Shown here: positions 37,811 to 51,770 of the stretch, one piece after another | How positions within the stretch are numbered: the stretch's first letter is position 1 | Layout: each line of letters opens with the position of its first letter | From: Camelus ferus | Taxonomy: Eukaryota | Direction: 5' to 3' | Assembly: GCF_009834535.1 (NCBI RefSeq) | Contig: NC_045697.1 | Location: forward strand, 59,460,001-59,524,000 | Length of the DNA: 64,000 bases | Program-made: the position numbers and the translations under genes | Notes under the pieces: model-generated | The model's database searches: none | What the model was told of the DNA's origin: nothing | What the model saw: only the letters and a program-made list of their open reading frames with translations

Positions 37811-38529
37811 TACTTATTTCAATGTATGGGAAGCCACTGTAGAAGACTGAAAAGGAGAATGCTCTCATCCTAACAAAGTATTAAAATGATCACTCTGGGA
37901 AATGATATAGAAGAAAGAGAAGTGTAGATGTAGGGGAAAGAGTGAGAAGACCACAGCTGTAGAGGTAGTGATAAGCGAGCAGGATGGTGCCAGTGGAGTT
38001 GTGAGGAGGGGTTGTATTTAGACTTATTTTGATGGGTTAGGAAATAAGAGTTAAAAATGATCATTTATCCTTTTTATCACTATGCTTTTAAAACCATCAC
38101 CTCCCCTCACTCACGGTAAGTACCACCACAATGTCTTGCACTTGATAAGAGCTACACAAATTCTATAGTCAATTCAATTGGAAAGTTAGCTGCCCCCAGT
38201 TATCTTGGGGATCTCACACTCATTCTCAGACTCATATTGATTTATGCAATGATTATAAAGTTATAATCATATAAATATTTTGAAAGATATCCTGATTACT
38301 ATGTAAAGAAATTATACAATTTCATTGAGTTGAATTTTAAATAATAACCTAACTCCTACTAAGAGCTTAAAACCACTGTTACTGTTTTTGCTACTGTACC
38401 ATGCTTTTAATTCAAAGACATCACAAACAGATAATGTTACTGTTAAGTTTTATCAGTATGGTGGAGTGAAAAGAATAGGACTTTTTAAACAGTCTGACTG
38501 AGGTTCAAATACCAGCTCAAATATTTGGT

Positions 38530-39900
38530 TTTCTGAATTTCTTTATTATTTGAGTGTTTGTCCCAACAATTTTTCCAATTCCGGGCTCTGTACGGCACAT
38601 TTTCTTAGATCTCATTTGTCAGGGATTTGGTGTTGATGTTGTTGTTATGCCATCCATTTAAGTTATAATTAAGCTAGAAATCAAATTGCTGGCTCAATAT
38701 CCTTTTAAAAAATATTTTAGAAGTATTATACTATCTTCCTGTATCCACTGACTTCTGGCATTTTTTGATGCTTGTACCTCTGTAGATGATTTTTCTTCTA
38801 TAGAGTTATAGAATTTTCTTTTGTCTTTGGTGTTTTGACATTTCATCTTGTCAGTGTATAGATCATTTAAATTTGGGATTTGTCATCTTTGATCTGAGTG
38901 TTCTTATGCTTTTTATCTTCCGGGAGTGAGATTATCTGATGTTGGCATATCTAGCTCCCTCTCTCTGTCTCTATATCTCTTTACTGCTTTCTTATAACTT
39001 TGGGAGGGTTCACGCAGCTTATCTTCTGACTCACTAAGGCATTCTTCAGCAGGCTCCAATAAAGGCTCCATTATTGTTTTAAATTATTTGTGTGTCCATT
39101 TCAGTAGCTCTAGTTTGAATGATATGTTCTCCAGTAAGTTATTTTATGTTTACTGTAGTTACACACCTCAGGTCTGACTTCATGCTCCCGTAGGGAGTAG
39201 TAGCAGCTGTGTGGTCTGGATTGTGTATGGAAAGGGCTACAGACAGGCATTAAACAGTCTGTGTTGGGCTCATGGAGTTTAGATGAAGTGAACATTGAGT
39301 GCTGGGGTAAATGACTCCATAGCCATAACATGCCAAGAACTTTCTTGGGTGAGGTTGTCATTACAAACCCTTAAAGAGAAGCAGCTTTGTGAGAGCCATT
39401 GACTCCGGGCTGTAATCCAACCATACTGGGTATTTGAAGGGGACGAAGTGGAGGAGTGGATTCTCATAGTTCTCTTGTCAACCCTCTTCTGTTTCCCTCA
39501 ACTCCTTATTTCAGCAGGGAGCAGGGCTTTTGCTCACCTGATAATTATCCTGTGGACTTCTGTGCTTCTGTCTGGATTGCTCTGGGGATGGGCTCAGGAT
39601 AGTTTTCTCAAGTCTGCACTGGGGGAGAGGCAAAAACAGAATGTAAACCTCTCTGACTGTACTTGTGCCTGGGTTGGCACACTGATCCTCATTTTTCCTG
39701 CCTCTAGGACACAGCAGTTCACGAAAATGGTCTGTCTTTCCAGGGGGTAACCATTTTTATTGTTGCCATGGATTTTTTGTTGTTGTCATTTTAAATTTTA
39801 ATTTCTAGTTTAAGCCCATCTTCTTTGGCGTCTATACCTTCTGGAGACAGATTTCATAAGAGGAAACAAGTTGTGCAGGCCAGTTCATTATGTTGTATGA
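38530..39900 (-). mobile_element. Ancient HAL1/L1M 5'-region fragments
   Basis: T-rich antisense ORF1-like sequence, e.g. tttgtctttggtgttttgacatttca and gatgttggcatatct. Confidence 0.45.
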
Positions 39901-42207
39901 TCCTTTACTTTTTAAACACTGGAGTGCACAGGCCTTTGAAAATCTTCAGGGAACACATTCTAAATTGAACATATCTACTTATAACAATGTGATCTTTCTT
40001 TTTCACATGTTTAGGCTTTGATTTTTTTTCCAGTTTTGCTTTAAGCAACATTCAACCCCTCTTCAACATTTTCTCTCACTTTTTTCTAGTCGTTGGACAA
40101 TAAGTGTACAATATTTGCTTGTAAAACTGTCCACACCTATGTACTTGAAAAGTAAATTAACTTTCTAAAATATAAGCTCTATTTCTATTGTCACACTTGT
40201 GAGATAATAAAACAGTAGGCCTAAAATGTGATGCGCTGTAGTTATATTTTAGTCATCTTTATTGCCATGGCCTTGCAAAAACAAATACTTCACCAACAAA
40301 TAACGTAGACAAAATAGGTTTGGCTACAGAAATATTGCAAATAAAGTTGGGGGAAGTGACAGCTTTCTGCTCTTTCAAATATTGTAGGAACAATTGCTGT
40401 GAAAAGGCATTGTTTGTTTTCTACCTATCCATTTATTTTTCATCTTTCTTGAATTTGTTGAAATGTGTTTTTGTTTGATTATGAAATGGTACATATTTCA
40501 GTGACCTAAGTACAATATCGGATACCAGGTACTTAAAGATTCATTTAATGCTCGGCTTTTTTGTTTTGTTTTGTTTTGTTTTAGGAGTCCAAAGCCAATT
40601 ATAATTATAATATATTCCTTAATGTGCTTATCTAGATGAAGCTAATGGACATGATTCATTGGAATTTAAAGAAGCACATTAATCGTGGGGATTTCTTAAT
40701 AATCAAGAAACATTATAGCCTCTATTAGAAGGAGGGAGGTTGAAGGAGGGAAACAAATACGTGCCAGCTTTCTAGGCTAGTTCCCTACTCTACTGTGTAA
40801 TTTGGAGGTTAACCTGGCACATTCCGCAGTTGTTTTAAACACATTTATTGAATGTTTTACAATTATGTGTTTTCCCTGTTTGCTTGGGTAGGTGACCTTT
40901 GGTTCAGTTTCTGTGTATGTACACAATTTTATTGAAGCTTTTAGAGAGTTCTAAGGAAATGGAATTAGTTTTCAAGATGTTGTCTCGGAGAAATCTAGCC
41001 AGGAGGCGTGAAGGTTCTGGGGTTAAATAGCTGCCTATATAATGGTAGGACTATATCATTTATTTTCTCTACTCTATCTTTTTTTTTTTCATTTCTCTCT
41101 TGCCATGTGTTGTGTTTTTTTCTTGTTGGTAAGCATGTATAGTGAGATAACTAGAAACCAGGATTAAAAGAACGGATTACACAGGATGTAACATGACCTT
41201 AAATCAGCTTCAGTATATATGTGTGTTAAGGAAAAGAGACTGATTTTATATATTATGAATAATACAACCACAAGTTTTGATATAATCAAATGAGACTGGT
41301 TTCAAAAAGTCACACTCAAAAATTATATTTAGGAATTATTTCCAAAACCAATGCTATTTAAAAAAAAATCCTTTTTTAGGGGAAAACTCATGTTTAATAT
41401 GGACTGGAATTTTTTTTAAATGCAGAAGTTATACACAACCAAGTCTAATAAATAACATAATTAAACATTATATTATCATTGCTAATATTTTATATGGTTG
41501 GTAAAAAATGAAACTTCACTTAGAGAAAAGAGAATAATTTTTGTAGGCTCTCAACTGAGATAGCAGTTTCTGAAAGTTCCAGATGTGATCAAACACAAAC
41601 AACATCATTAAAATAATGTGTACACTTCAAAGGGGAAAATTGTTAGAGCACTTATCTGTGTATTTAAGTACCACTCTGTCTGTAAATAAATCAGACTCAT
41701 CCTTACAGAGCCACATTTTGTGCACATGTGCAATGAATGCAAGATATTCCCTATCAGTTTCATATGTTGAGAGAAGAGATTGAAAAAAGAAAATGAAAGG
41801 AGAGTTAAGTTTTATGTGAAACAAAGCTCAGCTGGACCGAAAACTGTGAAGTGAGGAAATAATCTTCAGGTGACAATAATGTATTACCAACGATTATACC
41901 CGATGCATTGAGTTTGCTTGTTGTTTCATGACAAAAGTTCTCTATTTTGACTCATTATGTCTATCAGCTCTTTTTTATTAGAGTCCAGAAACATGGAGAA
42001 ATTGAGTAAAGTTAGATGCCAAAAGAAAAGAAAGAAAATGCAGTCTAATCTGTTCAAATTTTACCCATATGCAGAATTTGGATATAAATTCTAAAGGAAA
42101 TCTCTTAACTATGGACTGGTCCAAGGATTACATTGTTTGGTAATGTAAAAAATGAGTAAGGTGCCATCCGCACTCCTAAATGCTTGCTGTTAATATGCAA
42201 ATATTAG

Positions 42208-42269
42208 ATCACTATGTTGTACACTTGGAACTAACATAATATATGCCAATTATATTTCAATTAAAAAAA
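42208..42269 (+). mobile_element. Tiny L1 3' terminal stub
   Basis: cactatgttgtacacttggaactaacataat..caattatatttcaattaaaaaaa. Confidence 0.7.
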
Positions 42270-42469
42270 TGCCATTTGAGAGTATATTTATAATTCGCCT
42301 TGCTGGACAATTTAGGATACATTAAAAATCAATAGATAAACAGATTACTTTATCAATAAGCTAAGAATAAATTAATATAACTCTTTTCTTCTCTTCATAT
42401 AAAAATTCTAATCATCTCTTTTATGTATATTTGTTTACTCTCAATTTAAGGAAACAAAATATTATTAAC

Positions 42470-42660
42470 CTTTGTTGAGTATATACTATGAGGTAAGTGC
42501 CTTTGTATATTATGTATGTTATCTGATTTTACTTACTGACAATCCTGTGGAGGGTTTTAATAACTACTTTTACATTAAAAAAAGCAAATTCAGGGAAGTT
42601 AGAGCTAGGAAGTGGAGGAGCTGAGAGCAGAACTCACATTTCTGATATCAAAACAAATAC
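42470..42660 (-). mobile_element. MIR SINE
   Basis: tttgttgagtatatactatg..acaatcctgtg..gctaggaagtggaggagctg. Confidence 0.7.
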
Positions 42661-42819
42661 AGATTTCAACACAACAAAGTACATGAGACATTCCTTGGAG
42701 GAAAAAAAAAGAATTAAAACTCTTACAAACAATAGGCTCATATAATTTGGTTCCTCTGCTTTCAAAAGGCAAAGGGAATGTTAAATCTTAAGCATATGTA
42801 TCTTTTATAGATGAGAATC

Positions 42820-44040
42820 GGAGGTGTTGGGAAAGAGTCCTTATTCTACGATGCAAGATAATTCCTGGCAGCACAGCTGAGGCCCTGTTGTCTGCAGAGG
42901 AGCAGGGCAGGCAATCCTGGGACCTGAACTGAGATGTATACAAGGGAGTGGCACAGAGGCCACAGAAGCCGGAGCAAGTGTAAAGAACTGGAATAAAGTA
43001 GAAAAAATATAGTTCTGGGGAGCAGAGCAAAAGACAAAGTCCAGATGGCTCTAAGCACAGGAGGTTGTCAAGACCTGGGCTGAGCTGGAGAGAGTAGCTG
43101 ATTAAGGCCAAAGGAGGGCAGCAGTCACACCTGTAATCACTTACTCTGATGGTCTAAGCAAGAGGCCAAACAGGAGAGAGTGCTGGCACTCCCACTGCCT
43201 CATTTTCCCCTATGGAAGATCACCATGTGGGGATCAGCGCCCATGTGGGAGGTCTTAACCCCTGAGGAGCTCTGAACAAAAGGCTCCTGCATGGGATGGA
43301 CCTATATGCTTAGCAGAGAGAGAGGGAGAGGGAGAGTGAGGAGAGAGAGAAAGAGAAGAGAGAGAGAGAGAGAGAGAGGGAGTGGGAGTGGGGGGGGGGA
43401 GGGAGAGGGAGACAGAGGAGGACGAACATTGGAAAAATACTAAGTGCTGAGTCAGAGTGGGAAAAATGTCTTCAAGCTTTCCTCCCCCCATAAACTGAGG
43501 CACCTGGGGCAGGCATCAGCTGAAGGTGCCCTATAAAGAGGCTGCACGGTCCAGGAAGGCAGTGATGCGGGAGAACATGGCTATCCATGGAGGCTGCTGT
43601 GAATTCCCTATGCACCAGTTGTGTGTGGGGAGGGCAGCTTCCCCTTTGAGTTCGGCCAGCTCAGCCTTTGAAATTACCTATCATCTGACCTGAAAACGCC
43701 CACCTAGGATCTTTGCTTGGAGCCGGACTTCTCTGAGGTAAGAGGGGTGCAGTGTTCCTCTCAGAGGCAGAGTGATGTAGCAGGATAACTGGGAGTCGAC
43801 ACTGCTTTTAAAGAGAAGTGGAGTGTTAATAGGCCTCAGGGAAATCTATCCACAGAGAGTGGTACACTCAGCCACTGATCTGACTTTGAAGGACCAGAAT
43901 TATTAGATCAAAAAATATTTCGAGGCATTATAGTTTACGTTTTCCCTTTTTCACTTATTTAGAAGATGGATGGGGAAAGAGGGAAAGATAGAAGTGTTTG
44001 TGGCTTTTGTTTCCTCTAAAAAATTAAATTCCAAACTAAG
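42820..44040. mobile_element. Possible ancient LTR element (Gypsy/ERV-like), GC-richer block
   Basis: About 1.2 kb GC-elevated block with internal ctataaag (43531); family not securely recognised. Confidence 0.25.
43314..43420 (+). repeat. GA-rich low-complexity tract with G-run
   Basis: (GA)n followed by gggagtgggagtg-G-run-agggagaggg. Confidence 0.9.
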
Positions 44041-44519
44041 AAGAGCATTTAAAACTCGAGTGATAAGGGGAAAATGTTAGTTTTCTTGTCTAAAAGGAAA
44101 TTAGTCTGGTCAGTGGGAAAACAGAAGGGAGAGTACTTGGAAATATTTGTTTTGGGTCCTAGAATGGAGAGGTAGCAACGCCCAAGAGAGGGTTGGTGGC
44201 AGGTGACATCTCAGCAGAGAGAATCCATGATTCCCCAGCCACAAGCAGCACAGAAGATAAGGGCAGTTCACAGAGTTGGCTGATGAGCACCTTATTTCCC
44301 CAGCCTCCTCCCTAATCAAGAACTTGCCACCAGAGAGGTCTCCGGGTCCCAGCATAACTCTGATGTAGGGCTGAGCACTGAGGGCAAGTGCTTGGCAGCC
44401 TGAGCAGAATGGGTTTGGAGTAGGTAATTAAGCTGGAGTTGGAGAAAATTCAGTTCTAATGTGAGCTGAGATTCACATGTGCTGCTGTGATACTGGCAGG
44501 GACTAGTGATTAGCCCTTC

Positions 44520-44750
44520 ACTTCAATGAGCATTTATTGTGTGCCTATTGTTTTAAGTGTTTTAAATATTGTGTTAGATCTGATGCTCATGCAAATCATG
44601 TGATACAGATATTGCTAATATCCACTTCTTGCAGATGAGCACATTAAATCTGGAGCATATAAAGTAATACTCTCATACTTTGAAAAGTGGGTAAGTGGCT
44701 GACCTCAGACATAAATATAAGAATGTACCTCCAGAGATTTTGCTGTTCAC
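44520..44750 (-). mobile_element. MIR SINE
   Basis: gcatttattgtgtgccta..gcagatgagcaca..gtaagtggctga. Confidence 0.7.
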
Positions 44751-45099
44751 ATTCACAATGATGTGAAGAAATTAGGTGAAAAATAGGACTGTTTTTTACC
44801 AATAAAAAAGACAAATGTTTACTCGATCTTGGATGAAAATTAGAGACAAATTTTCAGTCAATGTTCCTTGGTGCTGTATCTCAGATCTCACTGTTGAAGT
44901 TTGGCTTGGCTTAGAGTTGAAGGTTGCGCTGGGTCTTGCACGTGAAAGTCAGATAACCTGGTTGAGGTAGAAGAGTTTTGTGATGGATCTGGCTTAGAGA
45001 CCACATCTATCTTGTCATCACTTAGTGTATTTCCACTGCAAACACAGTGCCTAAAGTGGTGAGGGGGAAAAAAAAAAGTAGTGAATATTTAATGTTAAT

Positions 45100-45260
45100 T
45101 GAATAAGTAAACTGATCTTGGGCAATCTGCTTTTCTCTAAAGCCCTCAGTTTTCTTATCTGTAAAGTGGAAAATAAAAATGTCTATAATGCAAGGTTTAT
45201 TTTTTTTTGATGAGATGATATAAAAGGAGTTTTGTAAAATTGCAAGAGCTATAAAAATAT
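45100..45260 (+). mobile_element. MIR core
   Basis: tgatcttgggcaa..cctcagttttcttatctgtaaagtgg. Confidence 0.75.
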
Positions 45261-46714
45261 AAGATACTTCTCTTGTAACCATTTCACAAGATAAAATTCT
45301 ACAGAAATAGGAAATTGAACTTTGAATCATATGTAATCCGGCACTTGCCAAAATCTCTGTACAAACATCTGGCGTCTAAAAAAGTATCTAAAGAGCAGGG
45401 CAACTATGTCATCCTCTTTTAGAGAGCAGGCTTTCTAAACACATCCTTTATATTAATTTAGAGCATGATAATTAAAATACCTGAATGATATTTTAGTTGC
45501 TTATACAAAGGCCTTTTTTAATATTATCATTTAGTTTCACTTCCTGGACTTTGTCTTCCAAAGCTTATTATAAGACATGGCCTTTTGAAGAATGATTCTG
45601 TATCTTTAACAATATCAAATCTGAAAACTGTTCATTATGATAACCTTATACTGGGAAGCAACGTGTGGGGGCTGCCCAGACTTTAGCCCAAAGAATTTGC
45701 TTGCTACAAAATGCACTTTGAAGTTTCCATTTGTTCAACAAAGAAATCTGTATTTTCTGTGTTTCCCTTATTTCCTTGGTTGCCAGGAAAAAATAAGAGC
45801 TAAATCCAAAGCTTACTTGCAATAAGTAGTTTATCCCACATCCCTGATTAAGTTTTGTACTGTAATTGTCACACACACAGTTTGTAGTATATCTTAGACT
45901 CTTGCTGTTAAACAGACAAAAATCATTACTGTTAATTATTCTTTTTACATATGCTTATTTTCCATATAACTTTCACAGTCTTTAAGTTGTTCATACAAAA
46001 TACTCAAGTCCTAGCAGACAGTAAAGTTAGAGCAAAAGGCTTATGCATTCCCCTCCCAGTCAGGTGTCGGCTCTTACTACCTTGTTTCATTTTTCACATT
46101 AACTAGTTTAAGAGAAGGATTGTGGTGACCTGTTTGTCATGTGATATTGGGAAAGATAATTTTCTAAATTATAACACTCTCCAGCACAAGGAGACTTAAA
46201 TTCTAGGAGCAATATAAATAATACATTATATTACAGTCCCAGTTGATTTCCATTGACACAGAAAATAGTATACATAGGAGTTTAAAATTATCATTACTTT
46301 GAGAGGAGAGGATTAAAAAAATGCTACAGTTGGCATTTCAGGGCCAAAGCTATTAATATGCTTGCAGAAATTATAATCATGCTTTAGAAACAGATGCTAG
46401 AAATTGCAAAGCCCAAGTGATTGACGAACATGCACAGTAACAATAAGACAACATGTGAGGATACTTTTTGCTAAATGAGGATGGGGGGGTCCAGGTTAGA
46501 GGATCCTTTCAAGTGACTATACTTAGTTGAAATTCTCCTTCATTTTGATTAACTACTAAACAAGCAAAAAGTAAGAGATCAACATTCAAGTGTGGGCCAG
46601 CTCTGTGGCCTGCCTTCTTCCTCCTGAGGCACTCTCCAAGCTCAGTGGTCACTGCTGCTCCTACAGAGCAAGGAATCTCTCCTGTTAAAGCAGACCGTGA
46701 GAACAGGCTGCTGC

Positions 46715-46735
46715 TTTTTTTTTTTTTTTTTTTTT
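46715..46735 (+). repeat. T21 homopolymer
   Basis: Direct count. Confidence 0.95.
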
Positions 46736-47899
46736 ATTCTTGAAACCATTAGCCTGGGGACAGAGCCAAGTTATACTTAAGGGTCTCCCCTGTTTTCTAG
46801 TAAGGTCATTCTGAAATTTTTACTTTGCCAGTGTTATCTAGCTCTGTATTGTTTCTTAACGCTATCATCTGGCCTAAGGTACGTTGGTCCATAGCCCACT
46901 ATAAATACGAGAATGAAAAAACCAGAAAACAAAGGAAACCCTGTTGGATAGAGCTGTAAATATGCTATTATCCAGGTATTTATTTTCTGGGGTTTCTCCA
47001 CCCAGAACAGCAACAAAACTTGCTGGAGCAATGTAATCCATTGGTAGAGATGAATAAATTTCTCGAAGGTTGGGGGGAATAAAAACCACTAGATAAATAT
47101 TTTTCTGTGACAAAAGACTATTGAAGTTTATTTTTCATTTAAAATACTTAGAATTGAATACTTTCAGTTGCAAAAATGAATTGTACAAAAATGTGATTTT
47201 TATTTTCTCTGAGATTCACTGTAGGACCTTAGACAAATCTTGATTTTATTTTTTAAGATCCTTTTGATGCTTGTTACTATAAGAAATTGTAATCATAAAT
47301 ACCAGTAGATATTATGTTTATGACTCACAGCATGGTTTATAATAGATATTATTTATTGACAAGATATAAGACTTAGAGGCCTATGAAATATTACCTGGCA
47401 CAAAAAATATAATCAAATGAACAATAATTTGGCTATTTTTCTTAAGTTAGTTAAATTATGGACTCATCATTTTCTAATATTTTATCTGAATACAAAAAGT
47501 TAAAATCATTTTAAATTACAAAGCTCTATAAATGTTAACTTTTTTGTACTGTTATATTCTATTATAACAAACTTTCTGAGATAGCCAGTTCACTTTTTAT
47601 AATGGTTATTGTTTAAACTTGATGTGATTCTATAAACCACATTTGCTTTCTGAGGTCTTAGAACTATATACAGAAATTATGATCAGATTTAGTAGTGGGT
47701 CAGTGAAAAATAACAATTAAAATGTTCACTTATCAAAGTTTTTCTGGTTTCTGAACTTTTGCTTTGTGTCGTTGGGCTTCTTGGATTCTTTGATAGATTT
47801 GGATAGATTTTGGATAGAATTTTTTTTGGTGACTGAGATTTTAAAAAATACATAGCATAGGGAAGAATAAAGGAAGTTAAAGGTTAATTACTTCTTGGT

Positions 47900-48440
47900 G
47901 GCAATAAACAAGATACAACTTGTTAATTTGCAGCTGTACGTTGTACCACTGTCTTTTCTACCTGTCCATAATACAAAGAGCAAACAACCCAAACAACCCC
48001 CATTTCATTTGTTCACAATCCTCTAGGTCGGCTTCTAGGTGATTCCGCAGGTCTGGGTTAGCATAGTTGATTTCCTATGGTGGCCTAACGGGGGATGATT
48101 CTTTCACTTTGGCAGTGGGCAGGTCAAAGGAGCCTGAACTGGTATGGCTTGTTTCTGCTTCATGGGGTTCCTTGTGATTAATTAAGCTAACCTGGGCTTT
48201 TTCATATGGTGATGAAAAGGCTCCCAAGAGCAAGAAGGAACAAGCCACAATTTAAAAGTAATTTTCCAGCCTCTTCTTACATCCTGCTTGCTAATATCCA
48301 ATTAGTTAAAGTAAGTCACATGGCTAAATGCAGATGAAACAGGTGGAGAGATGACGTTTACCTCTTGATAGAAAAGTCACATTGTAAAGATGCATGCTTA
48401 GAAGAATTTGTGACCATTTTTTTTTTTTTGCAATCTAACA
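47900..48440 (-). mobile_element. MLT1 (F/G/H-like) MaLR LTR
   Basis: ctgggctttttcatatggtg..ttgctaatatcca..aagtaagtcacatggctaa..tgtgaccattttt..gcaatcta. Confidence 0.7.
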
Positions 48441-51029
48441 ACATACGGTTACACAAAGTAGAACACTCTCCTGTAGAATTGCTTATAAAATTCTCTGTAA
48501 CAATCAACAATATTTTGTTTCTATGGGTAATCAGCTGGGGTATGAATATAGCTTATCATACAGGGCATTTATTTGTTCTTGCAGGCATTCTAATGGAGCT
48601 CCCCCCTATTTTAATCTGTGTTGTGCGAGAGAAAGCGTAAGAATAGAATAATGTTACAAATAAAGTTAGATGAAAACTTAGCCTTTGGGTCAATTGAAAG
48701 TGAAATAGCTCAATAGTAAATTTTTTTGAACTTAACTGCTTGTCTGTCCAAATAGAAGCCTCATCACATAAAGCCCATACATGAGAGCTTATAGAAACAA
48801 ACCCAAAGTTATTGGCAGAAAATACACCAGCAGCAATGAAATACCTAAGCCAACTGTGAATTACCTATACAGAAGACAGGATTTTAGAATGTAGCAGGAA
48901 AAAAATCTATGTAACATGGCACGTAGAAATAAACAGATGTGCTGACTATTTTAGATGAGGAGCACAGGGCAATTGAACTTTCCACCACTTGGATGCAAAT
49001 ATGATTGCTCAAGATGACTGTGACATTATGAATTGTAATTTGCTTTGTATCTCTGTTCTCACTGTTTGGCATTACGGCTACCAGATGGTTATTATTATTT
49101 ACTGTTTAAAACAGGAAACCTACATGATGGACCAATCCTAGATAAATAACAGGTTGTAGCCCCGGAGAGCTTACAGTTAAGAGACACAAGATGGCATAAT
49201 GTAGAACAAACAAGACAAGAATACTGACCATCCCCTGCAACTGAGATCCTTAATAAGGCAGGGAAGCAATTTAGAAATCAGTGAAAGAAGAGATAAGAAT
49301 TTTGAAAAATATATACATATATATGAGGTTATTACTAATTTTTCCTCAGTATCTATGATTTATATATGTAGAATGCTTAGATGTCATGTTACCCAGGCCA
49401 AAAGGGCTGTATATATAGGAATGTCAAAATCAGCACAGGGAGAAAAAAAAGGGTGAGCACAAAACATATGAAAAAATGTATAGATTTTATGAATAGTTGT
49501 AGGGAGTGAATCTGCTGCTAATGTTAGAATCATGAAAAAAATTACCCTACAATGTATTTAGTGGCTAACACATGATACATATAGTAGAATATTTTATATG
49601 TATATAAATATATATATTGTAGGTAGCTCACATATTAAAGCAAAATTTTGGAAGTATTTATAAATTCTTTTGGGGACTATAAATTCTTTATAAAGCTGGG
49701 TATTCTTAATCTTAAAGATTATTAGAACGACTACCTTAGAGTCTAAAATTTATCCTAAAAAGTATCCCAAATGATATTAAAGGTTTTTAAAAAGGGTAAA
49801 ACTAATCAAATTGCATTCTCGAAAGATCACTGTAGTAACAATGAGATGAAATTTAGTGGAATTAGAAGGATATGACTATAATCCAGGTAATAAGGAATGA
49901 GAGCTTGGAGAATGGCTAGAGAAATAGCAAAGGTGAATTGTTTTCAAGGGATTTAAAAAAGGAGAAATTATAGGTCTTTGTAATTAATAGAGGGAGTCAG
50001 TCATTGAGAAGGGGGAAATCTAGGGTAATCAGAAGTTAATGACATCAGTTGTGGCGCCATTGACTAATATAAGGAGCATGGAAAAAGGACATACTTTGAA
50101 ACTTTGAATTGTCTGTGAGACATGTAAGTGACACATGTTCAAGAGGGACTGAATGTATAGATTTGGAGATGGGCAGAGAATTCAAAATTAAGTACACAAG
50201 TAGTGGAAAGAGCAGATATTCAGTCCAGACTATCACATGTGTGCAGAGCACCATAGGTACTGGGCCAGGGGCTGATGAGACAGTGATGAACTGAACACCC
50301 TCCTCAACTGCTTACAGCCTGCTGGGTAAGGAGACCAGTATTTAGAGGTACAATTGGAAATGGCTGCACTTGAAAAATATGCTTGAATTGACTGGTTGGG
50401 TAAAAGTGAACATCCTCATTCACCTGTTTTGCAAAAACTGTTAATTTGGGGCACCACTGGATTTGTCAGAAAACTTAAGTATTGTTTCCTTTTAATGTCT
50501 GTATTTTTTAGTGCAAAAGTAATACATAATCATTATGCAACATACAGATAAGCAAAATAACATAGGTTATTCACAAATATCTATAATGTGCCTAATACAT
50601 ATGAAGTATTGTGATGTACACTGACAATTTCTTGCCCTCCCTGCTCCAGTCCAAAAGAAGTATGCTTCCTTCCTGCCATTCTTGACGCTTGTACATGTGA
50701 TATCCTAGTTTTTCTTCTTTTCCACTTTTACCTTATTTATTCCTGTTTGTCCCTCCAGTTGCTACCTCCTGTGTTTCTTACTGTGGGAGTTCTCCTTTGA
50801 CCCATGGTACCTCCCAGGCAGACTGGGTTATGTGCTTTCCTGGTGTCTTACACTTACTCAGATCTCTTAGTGAATTTCCCAACATGTTGTAATTGCCTGT
50901 TTTCTAGCACCAGGCTAAAACTAATTTGGCCAAAAGCATATTGGTCAACGGGACAGTATGCCTAAAATGAATATTTGAAAATCAATATCTCTAGTTACAG
51001 GATTTAATTTTTAACACTGATTTCGGCAC

Positions 51030-51770
51030 ATGTAAAGGTCATTTATAGCTCTTCATGAATCATCATATTTTGCCCATTCTTTTACTAATTATTTCTAATT
51101 TTTCTTTTAAATCAAATTTTTCTCATTTCTCAGCCAACCTTTCTACTTTACAATCTTTGCAATTGTCAGATGTTGACATAATTCACAGGATTATTTCAAG
51201 CAAATTAGATGATCAATTATAATGACTGAGATGAGAAGTGGAAAAGCTGAGCAGTCTTACAAGCCATTTGAGACGTGGGTTTCAGCCCATGACTTGAAGG
51301 TCACCTTCTAGTACTTGACCTTCACTGTTGTCACAGGCATGGTGACATCAAAAACAGGATGGCAGACAATAAATGATAGATACATATTAAAGGTCTTCAT
51401 TATATGCATAACCAACATCAGGGAACATTTAGCACATGACCCATTTAAAGTTGATGTTCCATCTATAAAATTCAGATGGCCTGGATATGAAATCCCATGA
51501 CCAGAAAACAAAAAAGCATGAGAGCCAGTGTTTAAAAGCTTCATTATCCCCAACTCAAGGTCACAGTCCCAGGTCCAGAGAATGGGTTATCACCAGGAAA
51601 TTGTTTGATCTTTTTGCTTCAATATAAGGTGGCTCTTTCTGTAGGTTACCCGAGGTCCCCATGAGATTTTACCCATTTATGTTTTATCTCTACATTGCTC
51701 TTGACCTAAATTACTCTGTTGGAAAATAGTAAGAGGCGATATGACCTTTTAAGCCTGGAGTTCCCCAGTT
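51030..51770. promoter_or_regulatory. Candidate nuclear-receptor-rich enhancer
   Basis: Seven extended RGGTCA half-sites (ERR/SF-1, RORE and NBRE types) plus a kB site. Confidence 0.45.

Noticed and set aside
39110..45351. Assorted 60-109 aa ORFs from the track
   Set aside because: Many begin at non-ATG codons, overlap old repeats or low-complexity DNA, and show no recognisable domains
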